Made by a program: the position numbers and the translations under genes. The notes below the pieces were generated by a model. It was not told where the DNA came from, did not search any database, and saw only the letters and a list, made by a program, of their open reading frames with translations. Positions 48,705-58,327 of a stretch of 64,000 bases of DNA are shown here, piece after piece; position 1 is the first letter of the stretch; each line of letters begins with the position of its first letter. Source of the DNA: an uncultured Gammaproteobacteria bacterium (lineage in GTDB: Bacteria; Pseudomonadota; Gammaproteobacteria; Xanthomonadales; Rhodanobacteraceae); assembly GCA_963828675.1 (NCBI GenBank), contig CAWHFQ010000001.1, positions 1,538,261-1,602,260 on the forward strand, in the 5' to 3' direction.

Positions 48705-49091
48705 ATGTCCAAACCCTCCATCGGCGATCAGGAGCTTGCGCTCCTGCACTACCTGTCCGAGAACGGCGGCGCTTCCGTCGGCGAAGTCGCCGGCGGTTTC
48801 GGCGAGCCGCGCGGGCTCGCCCGCTCGACCGTGCTGACCATGATGGAACGCCTGCGTGGCAAGGGCTACCTGAGACGCCGCCAGTTGCGCGGCATGTTCC
48901 GCTACAGCACCGCGACCGGACCGAAAGAGGCCATGCGCAGCGCGGTGGGCAGCTTCGTCGAGAAGACACTCAGTGGGTCGGTCTCGCCGTTCGTGGCGTG
49001 GATGTCGGAGCGTGCCGAGGTCAGCGAGACGGAGCTGGCCGAACTCGAGGCGCTGGTCGCGCAATTGCAGACTCGGCGCAAGGAGTCGTGA
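48705..49091 (+). CDS. BlaI/MecI/CopY family transcriptional repressor
   Basis: 128 aa. It has a winged-helix N-terminus (GDQELALLHYLSENGGASVGEVA...RSTVLTMMERLRGKGYL) and lies directly upstream of an M56 sensor-protease gene. Confidence 0.88.
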   Translation: MSKPSIGDQELALLHYLSENGGASVGEVAGGFGEPRGLARSTVLTMMERLRGKGYLRRRQLRGMFRYSTATGPKEAMRSAVGSFVEKTLSGSVSPFVAWMSERAEVSETELAELEALVAQLQTRRKES

Positions 49092-50508
49092 GATGGAATC
49101 GCTGAACGTCCTGCTCGATACCCTGCTGATTCGGCTGGCCTGGACATCGGCCCAGGCCGTGCTGCTGATCGGTGCCGTCTGGCTGATCGGCCGCCTGCTG
49201 CCGCGACTGCCTTCCGCACTGCGCTGCACGCTGTGGTGGCTGGTCGGCCTGCAGCTGATCCTCGGGCTGTGCTGGAGCTCGCCACTGCAACTTCGTGTGC
49301 TGAGAATGCCACCGCCGATCGCGGCCGCTGTGCACGATCGCGCCGTCATGCCGGCAGCAGCCATCAAGGCTGGCGGGCCCATGGTTCACGTGATGGCCGA
49401 AACGCCCCAGCCGACGCCAGTTGCGTGGCACGCGCACTGGCGGCTGATCCTGGTTTCGCTGTGGCTGGCCGCCGTGCTCATGCAATTGCTCATCGCAGCC
49501 AGACAGTGGCGCGAGTCGCACCGTGTGCTGCGCGACTCGCATCTGTTGACCGATGATGCGTTGCGCGCCGTGTGCGCGGCACAGGTGCAAAAGCTGGGTT
49601 TGCGCCGCCAACCGCAGCTGCGCGTTTCCGCCGCGATCCGTTCGCCCCAGGTCACCGGCGTGTGGCGCGCGACCGTGCTGCTGCCCGCCGATCAGCAACT
49701 GACCCTGACCGAGTCGGCGATGGCGATGGCCCACGAGCTGGCGCACCTGCGTCGCGGCGACCTGTGGCTGGGCTGGATACCGGCCGTCGCGCAGCGACTG
49801 TTCTTCTTTCATCCACTGGTGGCGTGGGCGGTGCGCGAGTACGCGCTGAGCCGCGAGGCTGCCTGCGATGCGCAGGTGCTGCAGCAGACCGGCACGATGC
49901 CGCAGGCCTACGGCCATCTGCTGCTGCGTCTGGGCATCGCCCATCCGATGCATTCCGGTCTGGCCGGGGCTTCACCATCGTTCCATAACCTCAAGAGGCG
50001 ACTGATCATGCTGCAGCAGTCCGAGAATCCAGCGCGCAGCCGCGCCCGCGCCTGGCCGCTGATCATGCTGGTCGTGCTGGCCGGCGTATTGCCCTATCGC
50101 GTCACCGCGAGCGCACCGCGGAGCACGCCGGCAACGACGTCCGCAACGCTTGCGCGCGCCGACACCGCCAGCTCCGCCGCCAGCTCCGCCCGCGCCGCCG
50201 GCCCCGCCGCCGCCGACCGCGCCCTTGCCGCCTCCGCCGCCGCCTCGCACCCACAGCTTTTCGGCACGCCACGTCGAGCATCGATACCTCGTCCGATGCC
50301 GCCTACGGTTTCGCGTTGCTCGATGGCGATTCGGTCACCGTCAACGGTTCGGACGCCGACGTCGACGCGGTGAACCGGCTGCGCAAGGGCAAACGAGCCG
50401 ATCCTGTGGTTCCGTCGCGGCAACAAGTCCTACGTGGTCCGCGACAGCGCCTACATCCAGCGTGCCAAGGCCATCTATGCGCCCGTGAGCGAGCTGGGAA
50501 GACAGCAG

Positions 50509-50634
50509 GGTGAGCTGGGTGGCGAACAGGGACGCCTCGGCGGCGAGCAAGGCGGGCTCGGCGCACGACAGGGTTCGCTGGGCATGCGCCAGGGGCAGCT
50601 GGCCGCCGAACAGGCCAGGCTGGCAGGCGCCCAG
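50509..50634 (+). repeat. six tandem 21-bp (heptad-coding) repeats inside the blaR1-like gene
   Basis: Encodes GELGGEQ GRLGGEQ GGLGARQ GSLGMRQ GQLAAEQ ARLAGAQ, read directly. Confidence 0.8.
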
Positions 50635-50713
50635 GCGGCGCTGGACATGGATCCACACAACGACAAGCGCCGGGCCGAAGTCGAGGCAACGCAAACACCG
50701 CCTGCAAGCCAGC

Positions 50714-50818
50714 CAGGACGAACTCGCCCGGCAGCAGGACGAACTGGGGCGGCGGCAGGACGCGTTGGGCAAACAGCAGGATGCGCTCGGCGCAAAACAG
50801 GATGCCCTGGGCAAACGC
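50714..50818 (+). repeat. five tandem 21-bp (heptad-coding) repeats inside the blaR1-like gene
   Basis: Encodes QDELARQ QDELGRR QDALGKQ QDALGAK QDALGKR, read directly. Confidence 0.8.
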
Positions 50819-51102
50819 CAGGAACAGGCCACCAGTGAAGCCAACCGGCAGATCGGGGCCTTGATCGACGAAGCGCTGGCCAAGGGTGTCGCGAAGCCGA
50901 CGAACCTGCGCTGAGAGGTGTGCGTTGTTCAAGCTCGAAGCCCGGCCGCGGCGAGAAGAAAGCCACGGGAAGCGGTTTTCTCCACAAGCTCTGAGCGAAC
51001 CTCCGCGACCGGCGCAACACGCAGGAAGCGCTCCGCCCTCGCCGGCAAGGCAGCGGGAGGGCGAAGCGCTGGTTGCTCACGCTCTCGGAGGAGCGCGGCG
51101 AG

Positions 51103-53437
51103 TCAACGCCAGGGCCACGCCTTCAGCCTGTACTCCATCGGCGGCGTGTTGCCGGCCAGGTACCGCACGAAGTAGTCCCAGCGGCGGCGGGTGATGTACG
51201 GCGTGGCGTCGGCATAGCCATGATGCACGTTGGGGATCGCGATCATGTCGAAGTCGCGGTTGGCCTTGATCAGTGCCTCGACCACCAGCAGCGTGTTGGA
51301 CGGCGGCACGTTGTCGTCGAGCGTGCCGTAGGTCAGCATCAGGTGGCCCTTGAGGTTCCTGGCGAAACTCTGGTTGGCCTGCGCGTCGTAGTTGGTCTTG
51401 CCGTCCTTGTCGGTGACCAGCAGACCCTGCCACTTCTCGGCCCAGTCGTCCTCGTAGTTGCGGTTGTCGTGGTTGCCGCTTTCGGCCCAGCCGACCTTGA
51501 AGAAGTCGGGGTAGTGGAACATCGCGCCGGCGCTGGCGTTGCCGCCGCCGGAGTGGCCCCAGATGCCGACGCGGCCGAGGTCGATCCACGGATAGCGTTT
51601 GCCGAGTTCCTTCAGGCCGGCCACCTGGTCGGGCAGCGTGTTGTCCTCGACGTGCTCGAAGTAGGCGTCGTGGAACGCCTTGGAGCGCCACGGCGTGCCC
51701 ATGCCGTCGATCGCCACCACGATGAAACCCAGCTCGGCCATCGACTGGTGGTCGACGCGCGCGGACGAGGAAGCTGCGGCCACGCACCGAACCGGTCTGC
51801 GGGCCCGGATAGATGTAGTCGATGATCGGGTACTTCTTCGACGGGTCGAAGTGGCTCGGCTTGAACATCATGCCGTACAGATCGGTCTTGCCGTCGCGCG
51901 CCTTCACCGTGAACGGGATCGGCGGCACCCAGCCGGCGGCCTTCAGGCGCGAGATGTCGGCGTTGGCCACGCTGGCCAGCTTGCGGTCATCGTTCGCGCT
52001 GCGCAGCACGGTGACCGGCGGCACGGTCGGGGTGGAATAGGCATCGACGAATGACTTGCCGTCCGGCGACAGCGTCACCGTGTGGTCGGCCGCTTCCGGC
52101 GTCAGCAGCACCGGCTTGCCGCCGTCGAGGCCGACCTTGAAGAACTGCTGGTAGTACGGGTTCACGCCCGCCGTGCGGCCGACGCCGCGGAACCACACGG
52201 TGCGCGTCTTCGGATCGACCTTCAGCACCTCGGTGACGTTGCCCTCGCCGGTGGTGATCGCGTGCTTGAGCTTGCCGGTGCCGAGGTCGTACAGGTACAG
52301 GTTGCCCCAGTTGTTGCGCTCGCTGAACCAGATCGCCTCGTTCGTCTCGGGCAGGTAGCGCCAGTTGACCGCGCCGTTGCCGCTCTCGTAATACGTCGGC
52401 ACCGTTTCCTCGAACACCGTGCGCACCTTGCCGGTGCCCGCGTCGGCGATGCGGAACCACTCGTGCTTGTGGTCGCGCGAGGTGGAGACGAAGGCCAGGG
52501 TCTTGCCGTCGGCTGCCCACTTCACGTCGTCCCAGCCGCCGTCGGGGCCGCAGCTGACGTCGTCGCACAGGCTGGAGCGGTGCTGGTCCGGCGGCATCTT
52601 CAGGCGCACGACCTTGTGCGTGGGCACGTCGATGATGACGCGCTCGATCATCGTCACGTCCTTGTCGCCGACCAGCGGGTACTTCCACTTCTCCAGTTCC
52701 GGATGACCGACCCTGGTCCTGATCAGGTACATCTCGCCGGTCTTGCGCTGGTCCTGCTGGAACGTGGCGATCCGCTTCGAATCCGGCGACCACTCCACGA
52801 TGGCCTTGTCGGTGTGCTTCCAGCCGGCGTTGTCGGTGGCGTAGCCGAAATTCTCCACTCCATCGGTGGTGAGCTGGATTTCCTTGCCGCTGGCGACGTC
52901 GCGCAGCCACAGGTTCCAGTCGCGGATGAACGCCTCGCTCTTCTTGTCCGGCGACAGCGCGCCCGGCTCCTTGCCGGTCTTCACCACCGTGGCCCGGTCG
53001 ACGCAGCTCGCCTCGGCGGCAGCGAGGTCGCACAGATAATGTTTGCCGTGCAGCGTGACATCGATGCGGCCGTCCGGCTTCGCCGCGTAGCCGGTCACCG
53101 GCAATGTCTTCGCATCGACCGGCTTGCCGCTGGCCTTGCCCAGCGCCGCGGCGAGCTTGACCTGATCGAACAGCGGCGTGATTTTGCCACTGGCCGCATC
53201 CATCTGCACGAAGTGGTCGCCGCTGGCGTCGTGATCGACGTACCAGAAATGGCCGTCATCCAGCCAGTCGACCTTCGTCACCGCGTGATCGACCAGCGGC
53301 ACCGTGTTGTAACTCATGAAGCGCGCCGCCTGCGCATAGTCGCCTGCGCTCAGCGCGCGCCCCTGCGCGACGCCGCCGCATAGCAGCCCCATCACCACCG
53401 CGCCGAACAGGCGCGATTTGCCGATCATCGAATGCAT
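51103..53437 (-). pseudogene. S9 family dipeptidyl-peptidase IV-like serine peptidase, single frameshift between propeller and catalytic domains
   Basis: The N-terminal propeller frame (53437 down to about 51780) ends in nonsense after ...PQTGSVRGRSF. The catalytic domain (GIWGHSGGG, D and H blocks) continues in another frame (51783-51103). An extra C in agcttCCtcg explains the break. Confidence 0.7.
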
Positions 53438-53670
53438 GACGCTCTCCCCATGAAAACCGGATGACGCGCGACCGTCGTCGCGTCGAAACGCACGATGCTA
53501 ACGCGATATCGCGCCGCAGCCACGTGCCGGAAGGTCGATCTCATTGCCCTGGCGCCTCGGGACCGCAAACCACGTCTCTGCGCGCAACCTGAATGCCCTC
53601 GCCCGCCACCGCTTGACGCGCATCCGCGACCTCGCTCACGCTGCGCCAACGTGATGCGCGGAGCCTTCCG

Positions 53671-54423
53671 GTGCCTGCCCAGCTGAAGATCATCGGCAAC
53701 TACATTTCGCCCTACGTGCGCAAGGTACTGGTGTGCCTCGAGCTGAAAGGCCTGGAGTACGAGATCGATCCGATCGTGCCGTTCACCGGCAACGACCAGT
53801 TCGCACGACTCAGCCCGCTGCGACGGGTGCCGGTGCTGATCGACGACGGCTTCGTGCTCAACGACTCCTCGGTGATCTGCCAGTACCTGGAGGATCGCCA
53901 TCCCACGCCCGCGCTCTATCCCGCCGACATCGCCGATCGCGCCCAGGCGCGCTGGCTGGAGGAATATGCCGACACGCGCCTGGCCGACGGCCTGATCTGG
54001 CGGCTGTTCCATCAGCTGGCGATCAAGCGCCATGTCTTCCACGAACCGGTCAACGAGGCAGTGGTGCAGCATGCGCGCGAAGTGGAAATTCCCGCCGCGC
54101 TCGACTACCTGGAAACGATGCTGCCGGACGACGGCTTCGTGTTCGGCACGCTTTCCATCGCCGACATCAGCATCGCCAGCTTCTTCCGCACCGCCTCGTT
54201 CGTGCGCCACGACATCGACGCCGAACGCTGGCCGCTGATGGCCGCCCTGGTGGCGCAGGTGCAGGCGCTGCCCGCGTTCCAGAAACTGGCCCGCTTCGAA
54301 GACTGCATGCTGCGCCTGCCGCTCGCCGAGCAACGCGGCGCGCTGATCAGCGCCGGTGCACCGCTGACCAGCGACACGTTCGGCACCAGCGCACCACGCC
54401 CCGGCCCGCCGCGCGCGTCGTAG
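53671..54423 (+). CDS. glutathione S-transferase family protein
   Basis: Has a GST N-domain (KIIGNYISPYVRKVLVCLELKGLEYE, VPVLIDDGFVLNDSSVICQYLE) and a GST C-domain. The start is a GTG. Confidence 0.8.
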   Translation: MPAQLKIIGNYISPYVRKVLVCLELKGLEYEIDPIVPFTGNDQFARLSPLRRVPVLIDDGFVLNDSSVICQYLEDRHPTPALYPADIADRAQARWLEEYADTRLADGLIWRLFHQLAIKRHVFHEPVNEAVVQHAREVEIPAALDYLETMLPDDGFVFGTLSIADISIASFFRTASFVRHDIDAERWPLMAALVAQVQALPAFQKLARFEDCMLRLPLAEQRGALISAGAPLTSDTFGTSAPRPGPPRAS

Positions 54424-54427
54424 GCAT

Positions 54428-55327
54428 TCAGCGCTGCTCCGCCGTCAGCTCCACCAGCCAGTCGACGAACACGCGCAGTCGCGCCGGCATCTGCCGCTGC
54501 TGCGGGTACAGGATGGTCATCGGCAGTGACGGCGGGGAATGTGCCGGCAGGATTTCGCACAGCCTGCCGCTCTTCAACTTCTCGGCGATGCGATAGCGCG
54601 GCATCTGCGCGATGCCCAGGCCGGCTTCGCAACAGCCAAGGTAGGCATCGACGCCGCTGACACTGACGCGACCGGGCAGCGCGACTTCGCGCCGCCTGCG
54701 GCCGACCATGAATTCCATTGGCTCGGCACGATGGGTGGTCGGCGAGACCCAGTTCACTGCCAGATGGCCGTCCTGCAGCGCAGCCAGCGAATCGGGCAGA
54801 CCGTGCCGACGCACGTACGCGGCGCTGGCCACGGTGACTTGCTCCAGCACGCCCACGCGACGACCGACCATGCCCGAATCGCCCAGCTCGCCGATGCGCA
54901 GAACGCAGTCCACGCCCTCGCGCACCATGTCGACGAAGCGGTCGCCGGTGCCGATGTCGAGCTGGATCTGCGGGTAGCGCGCGAAGAAATCCCGCAGCGC
55001 CGGAATCACCAGCAGCCGCGCCAGCGTTGCCGGCAGGTCGACACGCAGACGGCCTTTCGGCTGCACCAGCGCCTCGCGGAAATCGGTCTCGACCTCGTCC
55101 ATGTCGGCCAGCAAGCGCAAGCAATGTCCGTAATAGGTTTCGCCATCGCGGGTGGCGCGCACGCGACGGGTGGTCCGCTGCAACAGCTGCGCGCCGAGCC
55201 GGGCCTCCAGCCGCTTGATCGCGTGGGTGACGGTGGCACGCGGCAGGCTCAAGTCGTTCGCCGCGGCGGTGAAGCTGCCCAGTTCGACGATCCGCGTGTA
55301 CAGCCGCATGGCTTCGAGGCGGTCCAT
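54428..55327 (-). CDS. LysR family transcriptional regulator
   Basis: Starts MDRLEAMRLYTRIVELGSFTAAANDLSLPRATVTHAIKRLE and has a LysR effector domain. It lies divergent to the aldo/keto reductase gene. Confidence 0.9.
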   Translation of the reverse strand: MDRLEAMRLYTRIVELGSFTAAANDLSLPRATVTHAIKRLEARLGAQLLQRTTRRVRATRDGETYYGHCLRLLADMDEVETDFREALVQPKGRLRVDLPATLARLLVIPALRDFFARYPQIQLDIGTGDRFVDMVREGVDCVLRIGELGDSGMVGRRVGVLEQVTVASAAYVRRHGLPDSLAALQDGHLAVNWVSPTTHRAEPMEFMVGRRRREVALPGRVSVSGVDAYLGCCEAGLGIAQMPRYRIAEKLKSGRLCEILPAHSPPSLPMTILYPQQRQMPARLRVFVDWLVELTAEQR

Positions 55328-55349
55328 GGCGATTGTTTCTCAGTGTTGA

Positions 55350-56429
55350 ATGGTGATGGCCATTATTGAGTATTTATCCGATCGACTCCACGGCGCACCA
55401 TGCACCCACCTTCACCCAACGGAGCGACACCATGCAGACTCGCACTCTCGGCCGGAACGAAACGGCCCCGAGGTCTCCGCCCTCGGCCTCGGCTGCATGG
55501 GCATGAGCGCGTTCTACGGCCAGCACGACGACGCCGAATCGATCGCCACCATCCACCACGCGCTGGACCGCGGGCTCAACCTGCTCGACACCGCCGACAT
55601 GTACGGACCGCACACCAATGAAGTGCTGGTGGGCAAGGCGATCAGGGGCCGCCGCGAGCAGGCCTTCATCGCCACCAAGTTCGGCATCGTGCTCGACCCG
55701 GACAACCCGCAGGCGCGCGGCGTCAACGGTCGCCCCGAGTACGTGCGTGCCGCCTGCGACGCCAGCCTGCAGCGACTCGGCATCGACACCATCGACCTGT
55801 ACTACCAGCACCGCGTCGACTCGACCGTGCCGATCGAGGAAACCGTCGGCGCCATGGCCGAGCTTGTTGCCGCCGGCAAGGTGCGTCATCTCGGCCTGAG
55901 CGAGGCGTCCGGTGCCACGCTGGAACGCGCGTGCAAGGTGCACCCGATCGCTGCGTTGCAAAGCGAGTTCTCGCTGTGGACACGCGACCCGCAAACGAAC
56001 GGCATGCTCGCCGCCTGTCGCAAGCTCGGCGTCAGCCTGGTCGCCTACTCGCCGCTGGGCCGCGGCTTCCTCACCGGCGCGATCCGCTCGCCGGACGACT
56101 TCGACGCCGACGACTACCGCCGCACCAGCCCGCGTTTCATCGGCGAGAACTTCGCCCGCAACCTGCAGCTGGTCGAGCAGGTGAAGTCGCTGGCCGCCGA
56201 CAAGGGCTGTTCGCCGGCACAGCTGGCGCTGGCCTGGGTGTTGGCGCAGGATGACGATGTGCTGGCCATCCCCGGCACACGCAAGCGCAGCCGCCTGGAC
56301 GAAAACCTCGGCGCGCTCGACGTACAGCTGAGCGCCGCCGAACTCGCGGCGATCGACGCGGTGTTTCCATCGGATGCCGCTGCCGGCAACCGCTACGTCG
56401 ATTCGATGATGCACATGGTGAACATGTAG
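55350..56429 (+). CDS. aldo/keto reductase (probable native start at ATG 55432 is out of frame)
   Basis: Contains the AKR blocks [31 protein letters not shown] and LSEAS. A GGAG SD followed by ATG (MQTRTLGRN) lies at 55432 in another frame, only about 10 codons upstream of the conserved GPEVS block. Confidence 0.8.
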   Translation: MVMAIIEYLSDRLHGAPCTHLHPTERHHADSHSRPERNGPEVSALGLGCMGMSAFYGQHDDAESIATIHHALDRGLNLLDTADMYGPHTNEVLVGKAIRGRREQAFIATKFGIVLDPDNPQARGVNGRPEYVRAACDASLQRLGIDTIDLYYQHRVDSTVPIEETVGAMAELVAAGKVRHLGLSEASGATLERACKVHPIAALQSEFSLWTRDPQTNGMLAACRKLGVSLVAYSPLGRGFLTGAIRSPDDFDADDYRRTSPRFIGENFARNLQLVEQVKSLAADKGCSPAQLALAWVLAQDDDVLAIPGTRKRSRLDENLGALDVQLSAAELAAIDAVFPSDAAAGNRYVDSMMHMVNM

Positions 56430-56560
56430 ATCCGTCGCACCTGCGCGATGCTCTTGGCACGATGGACACCAGCGCATCGCGCACTCGGGATGCCCCCGAG
56501 TCGATCCGGGACGCTCCTGCGGATTCGGGCAAGCGAAGCGAAGCAGCTAAACTGCACCGC

Positions 56561-57385
56561 ATGAGCACCCCCGAACATTCCCCGCTCGGCAAGGACACCG
56601 TCTACGCCGATCGCTACGATCCGAGCCAGCTGTTCCCGATCCCGCGCGCCGACAAGCGCGCGGAGATCGGCGTGGCCGAACCACTGCCGTTCCACGGCCT
56701 CGACATCTGGAATGCGTACGAGCTTTCGTGGCTCGACTTGCGCGGAAAACCCATGGTGGCGCTGGCCGAATTCCACGTACCGGCGGCATCCCCGAACATT
56801 ATCGAGTCGAAGTCGTTCAAGCTGTATCTCAACGGCTTCGCGCAGGAGCGCATCGCCGACGCCGACGCGCTGACCACGACGCTGATGCACGACCTGTCCG
56901 CCGCCGCCGGCGCGGTGGTCAACGTGCAACTGCGACACGCGAACGCCGCGGCACTTCCCGCTGTCGATCTGGACGGCCATCTGCTGGACGATCAGGACAT
57001 CGCCATCGATCATTACGGTCCGCCCGACGACGCTTTCCTGCAGGCCGATGCCACCGCCATGCCGGTCGCCGAAACCCTGGTCTCGCACCTGCTGCGTTCG
57101 AACTGCCCGGTCACCGGCCAGCCCGACTGGGGCAGCGTGCAGATCGCCTACCGCGGCGCGCCGATCGACCATGCCGGCCTGCTGCGCTACCTGGTCTCGT
57201 TCCGCACCCACAACGAATTCCACGAGCAGTGCGTGGAGCGCATCTTCGTCGACCTGATGCAACGCTGCGCACCGCAGCAACTCAGTGTCTATGCGCGCTA
57301 CACCCGCCGCGGCGGCCTCGACATCAACCCGTTCCGCAGCAGCACCCCGGCCACACCCGGCAATCCACGCACCGTGCGCCAGTGA
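56561..57385 (+). CDS. queF: NADPH-dependent 7-cyano-7-deazaguanine reductase QueF (two-domain type)
   Basis: Contains [36 protein letters not shown] and [16 protein letters not shown] blocks. Confidence 0.9.
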   Translation: MSTPEHSPLGKDTVYADRYDPSQLFPIPRADKRAEIGVAEPLPFHGLDIWNAYELSWLDLRGKPMVALAEFHVPAASPNIIESKSFKLYLNGFAQERIADADALTTTLMHDLSAAAGAVVNVQLRHANAAALPAVDLDGHLLDDQDIAIDHYGPPDDAFLQADATAMPVAETLVSHLLRSNCPVTGQPDWGSVQIAYRGAPIDHAGLLRYLVSFRTHNEFHEQCVERIFVDLMQRCAPQQLSVYARYTRRGGLDINPFRSSTPATPGNPRTVRQ

Positions 57386-57597
57386 TGCCATGGCATCGGC
57401 TTCACCGTCGGAAGCCGGCGAACCGGACCGGAAGACAAGTCAGCGCCGCGTGAAAGTTCAGCTCACGCGAAATCTCCGCTAATCGGCGCTTCATTTGCGC
57501 AGCGCTAGCCTTGGCAACCTGACCAAGGCGTCCGGACGACGCTGCGGCAGCCGCCATGGATCGGCATCCGCCACGTCATGGCCACTGTGGAGCTCCG

Positions 57598-58188
57598 ATG
57601 AACCGTTCGATCCGAACCACCACGCTGTACAGCGCCACCCTCGCCGCCGTGCTGCTGCTCGGTGCCTGCGGCAAGCACGAGACCCCCGCGCCCGCCAATC
57701 CACCCGCCAGTGCCAGCAGCGTCGCGACGCCGACAACCGCACCGGCAGCGGCCACCACTACAGCCGATGCACCCGCCACCACCGGCAGCGCCGTCAGCCC
57801 GGCGATGGCAGCCAGCGCCACCGCTCCGGCACCTGTCGCCGCCGCACCGCTGAGCGTGGCCAAACTGAGCGTCGGCGATGCGGTCGATGCCAAACACCAG
57901 ATCACCCATCCCGGCAACAGCTTCGCCGCCAGCGACAACACCCTCTACGCCAGCGTCGCCACCGTGGGCAGCTCCAGCGGCGCCACGCTGAATGCGAAAT
58001 GGAGTTACCTGGAAGGCCCCGGGCAACTGGTCAGCAGCATCAGCCAGGCGATCGCCACCGAAGGCCCGGCCATCACCACGTTCAAGGTGCAAAATCCCGA
58101 CCTTTGGCCCGAAGGCAAGTACCGGGTGGAAATTTCCCTCGACGGCAAGTCCGTGGCAAAACAGGATTTCGAGATCGGCAAGAGCTGA
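57598..58188 (+). CDS. hypothetical lipoprotein with Ala/Pro/Thr-rich linker
   Basis: Has a GGAG SD, the lipobox LLLGAC, a low-complexity linker, then a beta-rich domain of about 110 aa. I recognise no family. Confidence 0.6.
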   Translation: MNRSIRTTTLYSATLAAVLLLGACGKHETPAPANPPASASSVATPTTAPAAATTTADAPATTGSAVSPAMAASATAPAPVAAAPLSVAKLSVGDAVDAKHQITHPGNSFAASDNTLYASVATVGSSSGATLNAKWSYLEGPGQLVSSISQAIATEGPAITTFKVQNPDLWPEGKYRVEISLDGKSVAKQDFEIGKS

Positions 58189-58211
58189 CGCGCACCGGCC
58201 CCTTGCGCATG

Positions 58212-58235
58212 GAAGGGCACCTGCGGGTGCCCTTC
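58212..58235 (+). terminator. hairpin after the lipoprotein gene (possible terminator)
   Basis: The stem pairs gaagggcac with gtgcccttc and is followed by tcgtatcc. The U-tract is weak. Confidence 0.35.
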
Positions 58236-58327
58236 TCGTATCCGTCGCCCGGCGTGACCAATGGTGCAGGCGAAGCCGATGGCAGCCGCTTGCACTCGGC
58301 GTCTGATCGTTGCCAGGGGAAATCCGT

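Larger units (their letters stand above)
49093..50914 (+). pseudogene. BlaR1-like M56 family membrane metallopeptidase/sensor with coiled-coil C-terminal domain, interrupted by at least three frameshifts
   Basis: The N-terminal TM/M56 part is intact (HELAHLRRGD). The C-terminal family-typical sequence is spread over successive frames: YGFALLDGDSVTVNGS... at 50283-50400, then ILWFRRGNKSYVVRDSAYIQRAKAIYAPV..., then QDELARQQDELG... Confidence 0.7.

Noticed and set aside
50509-50818. Regular 21-bp periodic repeats that might be mistaken for a CRISPR-like array or minisatellite.
   Set aside because: The period is 21 bp with no spacers. The repeats are in frame and encode heptad (coiled-coil) units of the BlaR1-like C-terminal domain. 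No cas genes are present.
53425-55124. Minus-strand ORFs 53425-54333 (302 aa) and 54105-55124 (339 aa).
   Set aside because: They overlap the clearly recognisable GST (+) and LysR (-, other frame) genes and have shadow-ORF composition.
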